From an uncultured Rickettsiales bacterium (GTDB taxonomy: Bacteria; Pseudomonadota; Alphaproteobacteria; Rs-D84), in the NCBI GenBank assembly GCA_947176385.1, contig CAMWQN010000002.1:8245-72244 (forward strand): a DNA stretch of 64,000 nt. Direction: 5' to 3'. A program made the position numbers and the translations under genes. Within the stretch, counting starts at the first letter, position 1. Each line of letters opens with the position of its first letter. Positions 37,261 through 46,785 of this stretch are shown here, piece after piece. Below the pieces are notes generated by a model. The model was given only the letters and a program-made list of their open reading frames with translations, was not told the DNA's origin and searched no databases.

Positions 37261-37374
37261 AGCGCAACAAATCGTTGCACCGGCTGCATTATACTACAAC
37301 TTTTTTATTTCGCTACAATTTTATTAAAAAAAGTTCCGATAAATATCGGAACTTTTTTTACGCATTTGTAATTT

Positions 37375-38787
37375 TTATTTTGCAAAGAATCTGTTATATA
37401 CACGTTCATTTACCTTGACCGGATATTCGCGCTTTAAAAACGCATTATAGTCATCGGTTATCTGACGTGCAGATGTATTTTGCATTTCGGTTTGGATATT
37501 CGCCATTTTTACTGTATCCATTGCGGGCATTTTTTCCGCATCAATATGCAATACATAAAATGCGCCATTGTCCTCGACAATTGAATTTGTTCCGACCGAC
37601 CCATTAAATGCCGCAGTCAAAACCGCAACAGGCGCACCAGATGCACGTGATGCTGTAACTGATTTTTTCCCCTGCAATTCATTGCCTTTGTTTAAATCAA
37701 CCAGCAATTCATTTGCACGAACATATGCCTGCTTTTTCTGTTCCGCTGCACGCCACGCGTTGGTTAAACCGGACTTTACAGCATCAAAATCAGCATTATG
37801 TTCTGGGATAACTTTGTCAACACGGGCAATTACAAAACCAGATTTTGTTTCAATCAATTCGCTTTCTGTTCCTTCATCAATATGGAACATGCGTGAAACC
37901 ATCGCTGGATTCATAATTTCATCTTTTGATACAGTGTCTGCATGTAAATCATCAATCGATACAAACTTTACATTATGACGTTTTGCTGCCGCGTCCATTG
38001 CATCACCTGAAATAATATCATCTTCGACCTTCTGCGCGATAGTAAATGCCGCATCATAACTGTCCGGCTGGTCCATTTTTGCAGGTATCAATACATATGA
38101 TACATTACGTGATTCCGGTACAGTATGTAGATTCTGATTATAGAACGTACGCAATTGTTCATCTGTTGGTGTGCCAACATTAAATGTATTGAAATCAACA
38201 GTTGAATATTCAATTTCACGTGTTCCATAGCGTGCATTATATGCCGCAGTTTTCGCAAACTGTGGCACTGCCATTGGAACAGACATCGAACCCAACACCA
38301 TAGAACGCAATACCTGACCACGCAGATAATTTGCGAATTCAGATTCACTTAACCCGGAATTTGACAATACAGTATCAAACAAATATGTAGAAAATTTCCC
38401 ATCTTCTTGAAATTCTGGGAACTGACGAATTTCTGTTGCGATGCGTTTATCACTGACAACAAAGCCCAAATCATTTGCACGATTTTCAGCCATCTGTTGT
38501 GAAGCCAACTTTTCCAAGATACCATCTGTAAACTTCTGCATTGCGGCAGGATCGGTATATGTTTCACGTTGCTGTTCACGTGTCATTTCCGCCAGCCCAC
38601 GCGATTTTTCATTATTAAATTGCTGGGCGCTGATTTTTTCGCCACCGACTGTCACCAATGTATTATCACTGACCGCGCCACCAAATATCCATTCTGCGAC
38701 GCCCCAACCGACGAACGAAAACATTAAGATACCAATTAAAACCTTGGCAATTGGTTTTTCTGATGCATTACGTAAATATTCTAGCAT
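37375..38787 (-). CDS. ppiD: Periplasmic chaperone PpiD-like (SurA N-terminal domain / PPIase-like)
   Basis: N-terminal anchor is MLEYLRNASEKPIAKVLIGILMFSFVGWG. The length and overall pattern match PpiD. Confidence 0.7.
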   Translation of the reverse strand: MLEYLRNASEKPIAKVLIGILMFSFVGWGVAEWIFGGAVSDNTLVTVGGEKISAQQFNNEKSRGLAEMTREQQRETYTDPAAMQKFTDGILEKLASQQMAENRANDLGFVVSDKRIATEIRQFPEFQEDGKFSTYLFDTVLSNSGLSESEFANYLRGQVLRSMVLGSMSVPMAVPQFAKTAAYNARYGTREIEYSTVDFNTFNVGTPTDEQLRTFYNQNLHTVPESRNVSYVLIPAKMDQPDSYDAAFTIAQKVEDDIISGDAMDAAAKRHNVKFVSIDDLHADTVSKDEIMNPAMVSRMFHIDEGTESELIETKSGFVIARVDKVIPEHNADFDAVKSGLTNAWRAAEQKKQAYVRANELLVDLNKGNELQGKKSVTASRASGAPVAVLTAAFNGSVGTNSIVEDNGAFYVLHIDAEKMPAMDTVKMANIQTEMQNTSARQITDDYNAFLKREYPVKVNERVYNRFFAK

Positions 38788-38854
38788 TTAATCCCCTTTT
38801 GCGATACCATAGCAAAACGATATCAAAAAAATCAACGAAAAAAAGGGGAAAATT

Positions 38855-39559
38855 ATGAAAATAATTGCCGGAAATTGGAAAATGAACGGTTCACGCGATG
38901 CTTTACAGAAAATGGCAGACGCACTGCGTGATGTCAAAACACAAAATCGTGTTATTTTATGCGTGCCTTTTACTATGCTGGGCGCGCAGTATGACAGCGT
39001 TGCCCTGGGTGCCCAAGATGTCAGCACACATGACCACGGCGCATTCACAGGCGAAGTTTCTGCATCTATGTTGAAAGACGCCGGTGCCAAATATGTAATC
39101 GTCGGTCACAGCGAATGTCGCCAATACCATTGCGACAACAACAACACAGTACGCAAAAAAGCAGCCAACGCATTGGCAAATGGATTGACACCGATTATCT
39201 GTGTTGGCGAAACAATGGAAGAAAAACAAGACGGCAAAACAATGTCTGTCATTGAATCGGGTGTACGTGAATCAATCCCATCAGATGTAGATGGCGACAT
39301 TATTGTTGCATACGAACCACGTTGGGCAATCGGCGCAGGTCTGACACCAACAGATGAAGAAATCGCCACCGCACACAAATTGATTGCAGATACATTGACA
39401 TCTATGGGGCTGTCCGGCACACCTGTTCTGTATGGCGCCAGTGTCAAAGGTAGTAACGCAGCACAAATTATGTCTATCCCGAATGTTGATGGTGTATTAG
39501 TTGGTGGTGCATCCTTGAAACCGGATGATTTCATACCTATAATAACCAGTGTAAAATAA
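38855..39559 (+). CDS. tpiA: Triosephosphate isomerase
   Basis: AGNWKMNG, VGHSE(C)R, AYEP.WAIG.G and GGASL motifs. Confidence 0.95.
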   Translation: MKIIAGNWKMNGSRDALQKMADALRDVKTQNRVILCVPFTMLGAQYDSVALGAQDVSTHDHGAFTGEVSASMLKDAGAKYVIVGHSECRQYHCDNNNTVRKKAANALANGLTPIICVGETMEEKQDGKTMSVIESGVRESIPSDVDGDIIVAYEPRWAIGAGLTPTDEEIATAHKLIADTLTSMGLSGTPVLYGASVKGSNAAQIMSIPNVDGVLVGGASLKPDDFIPIITSVK

Positions 39560-39622
39560 ATATATAGTAACGATGTGGGGGCAATCCGTCGCCCCCACAT
39601 TACAACAGTCGCAGGTGTAAAT

Positions 39623-40150
39623 ATGGAAGACAAAGACGTAACAATAGACCAGGTTTCAATTACTGATTCTGACGCAACCCCAGAAAAGGATAATAAAACA
39701 GAAACAGTTGCAGAATCTGATTCCAAATCCCAAACAGATGAATTGATCGCCCAAATTAACGAATTAAATGACAAATACCTGCGCACGGCAGCAGAACTGG
39801 AAAACACACGGCGCCGTGCAGCCCTGGATGCCGAATCGCGTGCAACGCGGCGTGCAATGGGTGTGGCTGAAAAAATATTGCCAGTTATGGATGCAATAGA
39901 TGCTGCATTAAAACATAATCCTGATGACGCAGGTATTCAATCAATGGCACGTGCGATGGAATCTGCATTTGCGCAAATCGGAATTACAAAAATTGAATCT
40001 GTGGGTCAAATCTTGAATCCACAGTTCCACAATGCAATCCAAGTCATAGAATCTGATAAACCAACAAACACAATTATCGAAGATATGCAACCCGGATACA
40101 TGTTCGGTGACACAGTTCTGCGAACAGCAATGGTTATTGTTGCGAAATAA
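39623..40150 (+). CDS. grpE: Nucleotide exchange factor GrpE
   Basis: Start placed at MEDKDV; the ORF track begins at 39575. YLRTAAELENTRRR and the C-terminal GY.....V.R.A.V.V motif are present. Confidence 0.9.
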   Translation: MEDKDVTIDQVSITDSDATPEKDNKTETVAESDSKSQTDELIAQINELNDKYLRTAAELENTRRRAALDAESRATRRAMGVAEKILPVMDAIDAALKHNPDDAGIQSMARAMESAFAQIGITKIESVGQILNPQFHNAIQVIESDKPTNTIIEDMQPGYMFGDTVLRTAMVIVAK

Positions 40151-40215
40151 AAAATAACGCCCATTTGGGCGTTAAATATTAACTGGTGTTTCTCCGAAAA
40201 TGTTTTTTAGTAAAA

Positions 40216-40890
40216 TTATGGTTTAATAGGTTCCAATTCAACAATTTCACCGCCGGTTAACCCATTGGAATATTCACAATTTTCTGTATATGTACCACTG
40301 CCAGTTGTATCTGAGAAAGATGTTCCTGCAGGCAAATAGCAACTTGTGACATATTTGCTGCCGGCTGCACTGGTACCGTATGTGCCACTGCCAGATTGTG
40401 GACATCTGGTACAACCTGATGTTCCATTGGTACTGGAACCATAATATCCTGCGGCGCAACGATATGTAGTTGATATTACAGCACAACCACCTGTACATGT
40501 GCATGAACGTCTTGCCTGTTGTTCGTATCCAGCGGTTCCAGTTGCAGTGAAACCGATATCACTGGCGCATGTACCGCATGATATGCAACATTGATACACC
40601 AGTTCATATGTAGTGTTACACGAATTGCTGAGTTCTGATATTGATACTTGTTTTCTTTCTGTGCCACTTGGGCATGATGTACAACTTTGAAAACGTATTA
40701 CATTTCCCGAACCACTTTTATAACATACATTTGTATGGTTGCCTTCCCGACATGTTGTTATTGCCTCCATTGGGGCAGCAGTACATGTTGTTGACGTACA
40801 CACGCCATTATCGAGTGAAAGTACAGCATTGGCTGGTTTTTCTATTGGCATGATTGTTATCATTGCCAATATAATTAGTTTATGTTTCAT
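40216..40890 (-). CDS. Small secreted cysteine-rich protein, paralogue of 1004-1699 and 21885-22580
   Basis: The shared C-terminal module is YRCAAGYYGSS..GCTRCP...SCYLPAGTSFSDTTGSGTYTENCEYS. Confidence 0.8.
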   Translation of the reverse strand: MKHKLIILAMITIMPIEKPANAVLSLDNGVCTSTTCTAAPMEAITTCREGNHTNVCYKSGSGNVIRFQSCTSCPSGTERKQVSISELSNSCNTTYELVYQCCISCGTCASDIGFTATGTAGYEQQARRSCTCTGGCAVISTTYRCAAGYYGSSTNGTSGCTRCPQSGSGTYGTSAAGSKYVTSCYLPAGTSFSDTTGSGTYTENCEYSNGLTGGEIVELEPIKP

Positions 40891-41131
40891 TATTCAATCT
40901 CCTGTTTTTTCGTAATGAAAAACCACCCAAAATTCAGGTGGTCAGGAGGTTGATGACAATCCATAGAATTGTGTGCTTATTCGTTATATTCGCAACCCTC
41001 CTGCCCACAAATTGGTCAGGAGTTGTTTTTCCGTCGTAACAGTAAAATTGGCGCAAAATGCGCGCCCCTATAAACATATTCCGACGCTATGGCAGAGGTC
41101 ATCACACCTCATCATTGGAATTCCCAATGAC
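40891..41131 (-). promoter_or_regulatory. Structured 5' leader L5, homologous to 22581-22812
   Basis: Same helices as L2 with compensatory changes. The terminator is ACCACC-N9-GGTGGT plus U-tract (40922-40942). Confidence 0.65.
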
Positions 41132-41137
41132 AAAATT

Positions 41138-41166
41138 ATTATATACGCTATATATGATTAAAACAA
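41138..41166 (-). promoter_or_regulatory. Sigma70-like promoter TTGTTT-N17-TATAAT
   Basis: On the minus strand, TTGTTT runs 41166->41161 and TATAAT runs 41143->41138. Confidence 0.6.
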
Positions 41167-41207
41167 GTAATAAAAAAAATCTGGCGATGCCAGATTTTTG
41201 AAATCCA

Positions 41208-44200
41208 CTATATTCCCAAGCGATGTGTTAATTTCATCATGAATATAGATTCGTTTCCATAATCATCACAGTTGTTTGGATTTACACGATAAATAAATCC
41301 CAACGCCCCATCTGTAAACGCGCCAAAATTATGTCGGACGGACCCAGCAAAACGCAATTCGCGCACATCCGGACGCAGGTCAACATCTGCGACATGACTG
41401 TCACGGATAACCAGATCATAATTACCATCGTCACTGCCAACCACATCATACTGGGCAGATGCATATTTCATTGCGCCATGCGATACCGCCAATGGGCGCG
41501 CAACAGATAAACTGATATTTCCCCAATCCAGACCAATACCAAACGCATTTGAATCAACATCTGACATACCCAATATAAAGTCCCCACTTGCGTCCGCACG
41601 CGTTCTGGCAAATGTAGCGCGCGCCGTCAATGCGAATTTATCCCACGGTGCATAACGCATAACTGTATCAATATATGTTGTATCACCCCCGCCCAAATTC
41701 AGCAATCCGCCCGTCTGCGCCCCCAGAATTGTATTTGATTCTGTGGCATGACCAACAGCGGTTGTAAACCCAAACTTATCGCCATGCCACGCCAGGTGCG
41801 ATTGCCCGCCCTGGAACAATCCCAGACGTGCTGGATTAAATTGTGACGTTACGGTCGGGTCATTTTCCAATAAACCTTCGTCTGTTATTTCACCGGAAAA
41901 TACGCGTCCACCAAATGACCAGCGACCATGATTATATATCGCATCAGACACAATTGAATTTGACGCCATTGATAATATTGGATTCGCCATTCCATCAAAG
42001 CGTGACGCGCCATCTGTCAAATAATGCTGATATCCCGCATTCAAATTCCAATTACCACGTGAATAATCAAAACGCAATGCATCCAGTCCTGACAAATTGT
42101 CATTGTATGCACGCGGCGAACGCATCAATGAAAAACCAAAGTTTCCAATCTGAGCACGCTGAACATTATCGTCGCGTGTTTTCAATTCACCCAATACATC
42201 CCCCATATACAAAGCCCGACGTCCCGCGTCACCAGATACCGCAAATTCATTTTGCCACACACGTGGCATGCGCAAACTGCCATCCGAACTTTCCAACACA
42301 TCAAAGAATGGTGCACTGATTTTATCAACAGATGGTCTGAAGGCACTGGACCCGCGGAACATTGTATTTGATGCCGCGCGCCAATATGCATCGCCATTGC
42401 TGGACACAATATCCGTACCATTATAATAATAAACCTTGGTTCCAGGTTTGGTCGCGCGTTCCAAATTTATCAGACCATATCCAAAGACTTCTTTGAACAC
42501 ATCCAAATAATCTTCACCATCTTGCATCCAGCGCACATTATATTCATTTGGTAACACATACATTGATTGTAAATAACTGCGCAAAGAATCCTGGGTTGTA
42601 GCCACACCATTGGTAAATGTTCCCAAATATGGTCCATCCGCCGTCAATGCCAACAATGCAAATACTTGCTTGTTATCCAAATAATCAAATGCAGACTTTA
42701 CCACACCCGCAGCACCTGCGGCACTGGCGACCGCCATTTCTGCATTTACACCCGCTGATGCAAAACACCATGGGTCGATACTGCTGCTGCCACGACCGGC
42801 TGCGCCACAAACGCGTGCGCGATAATATGTATCATCTTCTGTCGTAGTGGTTCCATTGGTATCCGACCACTGTGATAATGCATATTTACCAGATGGTGAA
42901 AATCCAGCAATTGAATCTGTCCCGGATGTACCAGCTGTACCGGTTATACCAACAGCAACCACTGACATAAACAAATGTTCCAAATTCTTAAAAACTAATG
43001 GTGCTGCGTTTTCAAATGTTGCCTCTCTTGTTCTGCCGGTAAAATTACTGTCTGTTTCATATCCACCTGTTGAAAATACCAACAATGGTGTCGTACTGTT
43101 TCCGACCGCAGTAAACAACGTCGCCGCATATGCACTGGGCAAATCATTTGAACCACTGATACCATCACCCTTATCGCGGTCATAATATAAATCAACAAAT
43201 TTTGCAAATTCAGTACGGTAATCACTGGTTTCCGCAGCCAATATATCATCAATTACTTTTGTATCAATTGAATACAACGGCGCAATAACAGATGCATTTG
43301 CCAACACATCCGCTCTGGATCGCCCATTACCGTCTTTATTTAAAGTGGCAGCCAGTGATAAAGCCTGATAGTTATGATAATCAACATTCCCCAATTCGCG
43401 ATTTAATACCAACTGTTTGGTGTCACCAGCAACAACCTGCAAATATGCCACATCCACGGCACCATCTGCATTACTGTCAAAATACAGAAAATTATTTTTT
43501 ATACCGATATATCCAGTATATGTCGGACTGTTGTCACCAGCAGCCTTGGCAGTAAACTTATTACCATCCATTGTCAACGTTAATGTTCCCAGTCCCGGCA
43601 ATGTTATCGTATCACCGGTGGCAAAAGTGTCACTTGCCCTTTCAAATGTACCATTGCGCGCATCATCTGATACTTCTTTGAAGCCCCGTCCACCACCGGT
43701 GCGGAAAATAGTCATTTGACCATTTGGCATAAACCCAACATAGTCAGCATTTGGATATCCCGAAAGACTGCCCCCCAGAACCTTGGCCAGGCGATTATCA
43801 TCATTGCTGGCACTGGCATTTTGAACTGCGGTATTTGATCCGGATAAATCGAACAAATCCACCATATTTGGATCTTCGTACGTTGAATCATCCAACAATG
43901 AATTATTATCCGTACCACGTTTAATCAAATTATTGTAATACTTGCTGGACAGCAGATCATTACTGGCACCATTCAGACTGGTTGAATCATTTAATGTCGT
44001 CCAAACCAACAAAACATCATCCAATGAATCTTTCCCAGCAGAATAATCCCCAGCAGGCTTCATCGCAGCATTTACACCGTTTGCAGTAACCAACGCAACA
44101 TTTGTTGGACGTCCGCCCTGAATATCATATTCGCCCAATGCGCCACTTAATGGAATCGGCGCATTTGAAAATTGATTACGCAATGTACGCATCCCCAGAT

Positions 44201-44906
44201 ACCCACGTGCAAATGGCGAATACCCATGCATCATCAACAGATAGTTTTGTTTGAATGCATTCGACATAAGTTCAAAATTCTGTTTGTAAATCGCTGTAGA
44301 ACTGCTGGGACCATATACTTCCAAGTTTGCAGAATACGATTGCGCTTCGTCTGCCGCGGTTGGCAATGCCGGTCCATAATTCAATGCAAACGCTTCTTTG
44401 CCAAGACCACTTTCACCACCACCGGAATTATCACCACCGATTGGGCGATTTCCTGCCGTCCCGGAATTATCGTTTCCATTGCCAGGGTCAAATACATCCG
44501 TTAATAAAAACAGTCCACCTATAACAACGGCGGCACCCGCCGCCGCCAATGTCAAACTCTGGGCGGATGATAGCCCACCAAACAAACCACCGCTGCCCTT
44601 GGGCTTATTACGACTGTTATAATTCTTTATTTGTCGGTCACAACGCGATGCATCTGCGCCATACATCTGTAAAATCTGGGCAGCACGCATATCATTATTC
44701 ATCAGTGCAGTACAAACCAGTGACAATCCTGTTGAATCGGTATAGTTAACATCTGCCCCGCTGTTTATCAGAATCTGAACCTGTTGAATATCAGCATTTT
44801 TTGCCGCAGACAACAATTGTGCTGCCACCATAAAATCATTAGATGCCGCATGCACCGACAGTGGCGCAAAAAATATCATAAACAACAATAATCTGATGTA
44901 TTTCAT
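41208..44906 (-). CDS. Large envelope protein: signal peptide, ankyrin repeat, glycine-zipper segment, large passenger-like region, C-terminal beta-rich domain
   Basis: The ANK-like segment is NADIQQVQILINSGADVNYTDSTGLSLVCTALMNNDMRAAQILQMYGAD. The glycine-zipper is GGLFGGLSSAQSLTLAAAGAAVVIGGLF. The last ~300 aa show an alternating beta-strand pattern. Confidence 0.7.
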   Translation of the reverse strand: MKYIRLLLFMIFFAPLSVHAASNDFMVAAQLLSAAKNADIQQVQILINSGADVNYTDSTGLSLVCTALMNNDMRAAQILQMYGADASRCDRQIKNYNSRNKPKGSGGLFGGLSSAQSLTLAAAGAAVVIGGLFLLTDVFDPGNGNDNSGTAGNRPIGGDNSGGGESGLGKEAFALNYGPALPTAADEAQSYSANLEVYGPSSSTAIYKQNFELMSNAFKQNYLLMMHGYSPFARGYLGMRTLRNQFSNAPIPLSGALGEYDIQGGRPTNVALVTANGVNAAMKPAGDYSAGKDSLDDVLLVWTTLNDSTSLNGASNDLLSSKYYNNLIKRGTDNNSLLDDSTYEDPNMVDLFDLSGSNTAVQNASASNDDNRLAKVLGGSLSGYPNADYVGFMPNGQMTIFRTGGGRGFKEVSDDARNGTFERASDTFATGDTITLPGLGTLTLTMDGNKFTAKAAGDNSPTYTGYIGIKNNFLYFDSNADGAVDVAYLQVVAGDTKQLVLNRELGNVDYHNYQALSLAATLNKDGNGRSRADVLANASVIAPLYSIDTKVIDDILAAETSDYRTEFAKFVDLYYDRDKGDGISGSNDLPSAYAATLFTAVGNSTTPLLVFSTGGYETDSNFTGRTREATFENAAPLVFKNLEHLFMSVVAVGITGTAGTSGTDSIAGFSPSGKYALSQWSDTNGTTTTEDDTYYRARVCGAAGRGSSSIDPWCFASAGVNAEMAVASAAGAAGVVKSAFDYLDNKQVFALLALTADGPYLGTFTNGVATTQDSLRSYLQSMYVLPNEYNVRWMQDGEDYLDVFKEVFGYGLINLERATKPGTKVYYYNGTDIVSSNGDAYWRAASNTMFRGSSAFRPSVDKISAPFFDVLESSDGSLRMPRVWQNEFAVSGDAGRRALYMGDVLGELKTRDDNVQRAQIGNFGFSLMRSPRAYNDNLSGLDALRFDYSRGNWNLNAGYQHYLTDGASRFDGMANPILSMASNSIVSDAIYNHGRWSFGGRVFSGEITDEGLLENDPTVTSQFNPARLGLFQGGQSHLAWHGDKFGFTTAVGHATESNTILGAQTGGLLNLGGGDTTYIDTVMRYAPWDKFALTARATFARTRADASGDFILGMSDVDSNAFGIGLDWGNISLSVARPLAVSHGAMKYASAQYDVVGSDDGNYDLVIRDSHVADVDLRPDVRELRFAGSVRHNFGAFTDGALGFIYRVNPNNCDDYGNESIFMMKLTHRLGI

Positions 44907-45033
44907 ATTATAAATTCTCTCTTACAGGGATAGTTTAACATACATACAATTTGTATGTCTAGCAAAAAAACAACTATGTGAATACAGCCCGCCAATTGGC
45001 GGGCTGCACTTCTAACAAACAAAGGGGAAAAGA

Positions 45034-45738
45034 TTATTTACAATAACTTTGACGTGTAACGTATGTATTTACAGTCAATTTTGTTTCCGCTGTTGCGACA
45101 ACGCGACGTGTAACAGTCTTGGTTGTATCAGCAGAGTTTGCATTACCATTGTTGCTGATGGTAACTGTGTTATTATTACCATTGATAACAACATTTGCAT
45201 TCTGATCATCACCACAACCGTTTGCGTTTTGTACCGCTGGTGCAACTACTGGTACTTCTTTAACAACAATAACTGTATCAGGTTTTACCGGCGCCGGTAC
45301 ATTATTTGGACGTGTTGGACGTTGTGCAGGCTTTTTTGCTGGCTTTGGGTTAATGCATGGGCATTTTTCCTGACGTTGTGCGATTGTATCAACACGAGCA
45401 GTCAAACTGTCTGTACGCATTTCAACTGTATCAACACGCAATTTCAGACTGTCAATATCTGCACGATGTGCTTCAATGCTGTCCTCTGCCGCACTCATAC
45501 GAGTTTTCAAGTTGTTGATTTCACGCAAATTGCTTGAGATTCTACTTTCATGATTCTCAATCGATTCAATAATTTGATGTTGAACCATACCTAATGTATC
45601 AACTGTTGCTTCGACGCCGTCAACGCGTGCGCTAACCGCTTCGTTACCATTGCAACTTTTGACACTGGCAGCCAACGCAACAACTGCGATAACACCAGCT
45701 GTCAAACCAACATAATGTTTCTTTAACCAATCTTTCAT
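45034..45738 (-). CDS. Membrane-anchored coiled-coil protein with a Pro/Lys-rich linker
   Basis: Start placed at MKDWLKK with AAGGAA RBS; the ORF track begins at 45768. An N-terminal TM segment is followed by heptad-like repeats (RVDTVEMRTDSLTARVDTI). Confidence 0.65.
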   Translation of the reverse strand: MKDWLKKHYVGLTAGVIAVVALAASVKSCNGNEAVSARVDGVEATVDTLGMVQHQIIESIENHESRISSNLREINNLKTRMSAAEDSIEAHRADIDSLKLRVDTVEMRTDSLTARVDTIAQRQEKCPCINPKPAKKPAQRPTRPNNVPAPVKPDTVIVVKEVPVVAPAVQNANGCGDDQNANVVINGNNNTVTISNNGNANSADTTKTVTRRVVATAETKLTVNTYVTRQSYCK

Positions 45739-45892
45739 CTTTATTCCTTTTGTTTGATGACAAGACAAATATAGACAAACAAATGTGTTTTGTCAAGATA
45801 CAAATAATAAAAAATCTAATTTTTTGCCCCGCCCCCTTTTTTTCACTTTTCACGCCATGCGTTTTTTGATATAGTTCTTAGCAAGAGAGAAC

Positions 45893-46759
45893 ATGAAAAA
45901 ACATAACATACTTTTTATAGTCTGCAGTTTCTTGGCAATGTCAACCGCACATGGTGCCCAATCATGCTCGCGTGCGAACCTGACACGATGCCTGGATTCT
46001 GCCTGTGCAATTAACGTCAGTTCAAATCCTGCAGCACGTTGTCAGTATTGTGGTACGGACTCTGCCGGCACACCACCCACCAGTGGGATGCGTAATGTAT
46101 CTGCGGGCGCGTCTGCGAAATACAACCTGACGGACAAGGAATTAAAGAACGCGCCATCTGACCCCGGCAGTCGTTATGCTTGGGCAACTGCGCAATGTAT
46201 TAACAAGGTCACAGGCTGTACCACAGATGATGTATCTGAAGCATACGATTCATTGATTGAACAATCCTGCAAGGCAGCCGGCATCAGTGCACAAATGGCA
46301 ATATTACAAGCCGAAGCACGTAAAAAACCAACTAAAACAGCATGTACGACCAGCATCCGTTCATGCATTGTTGATGCAAAACGCTGTGGCGCAGATTGGC
46401 GCGCATGCCAGACAGATGCAGATTTTGATAAATTCTTTTCCACATGCGGTGTCGAAGCCACTGGTTGCGACACATATATGTCTGCGATACGTACAGAATT
46501 GTCTGGCGCACGTAACAGCGCAATCGCCAGTGCCGCAGCAGCCGTCCAAGGTATCGTAAAGAGTTATCAAAACGCACGTGAAACAAAATTGACCGCGGCA
46601 CGCACATCATGCCACGACAACGCCAGTCGCGATACATGTATTGAAAGTGTATGCGCCAATAATATGCGCAACAATTGCAGCCCAGATTTTCCGGGCGAAC
46701 GCGTAATGGCAACACAATTGTGCAAGTTCTATGAACTGGCATGCAACGTATTAAAATAG
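45893..46759 (+). CDS. Secreted cysteine-rich protein, small divergent member of the large Cys-rich family
   Basis: Signal peptide present. Cys-pair pattern is CSRANLTRCLDSAC.., SIRSCIVDAKRCGADWRAC and DTCIESVC. Confidence 0.75.
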   Translation: MKKHNILFIVCSFLAMSTAHGAQSCSRANLTRCLDSACAINVSSNPAARCQYCGTDSAGTPPTSGMRNVSAGASAKYNLTDKELKNAPSDPGSRYAWATAQCINKVTGCTTDDVSEAYDSLIEQSCKAAGISAQMAILQAEARKKPTKTACTTSIRSCIVDAKRCGADWRACQTDADFDKFFSTCGVEATGCDTYMSAIRTELSGARNSAIASAAAAVQGIVKSYQNARETKLTAARTSCHDNASRDTCIESVCANNMRNNCSPDFPGERVMATQLCKFYELACNVLK

Positions 46760-46785
46760 TACAACCGATAAAAAGCATACTTACA

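Noticed and set aside
36942-37418. 158-aa plus-strand ORF
   Set aside because: It lies across the structured leader modules and the ppiD-like terminator. It has no RBS. The region is better explained as the minus-strand 5' leader.
39106-39807. 233-aa minus-strand ORF
   Set aside because: It is antisense to tpiA and grpE, both of which are unambiguous.
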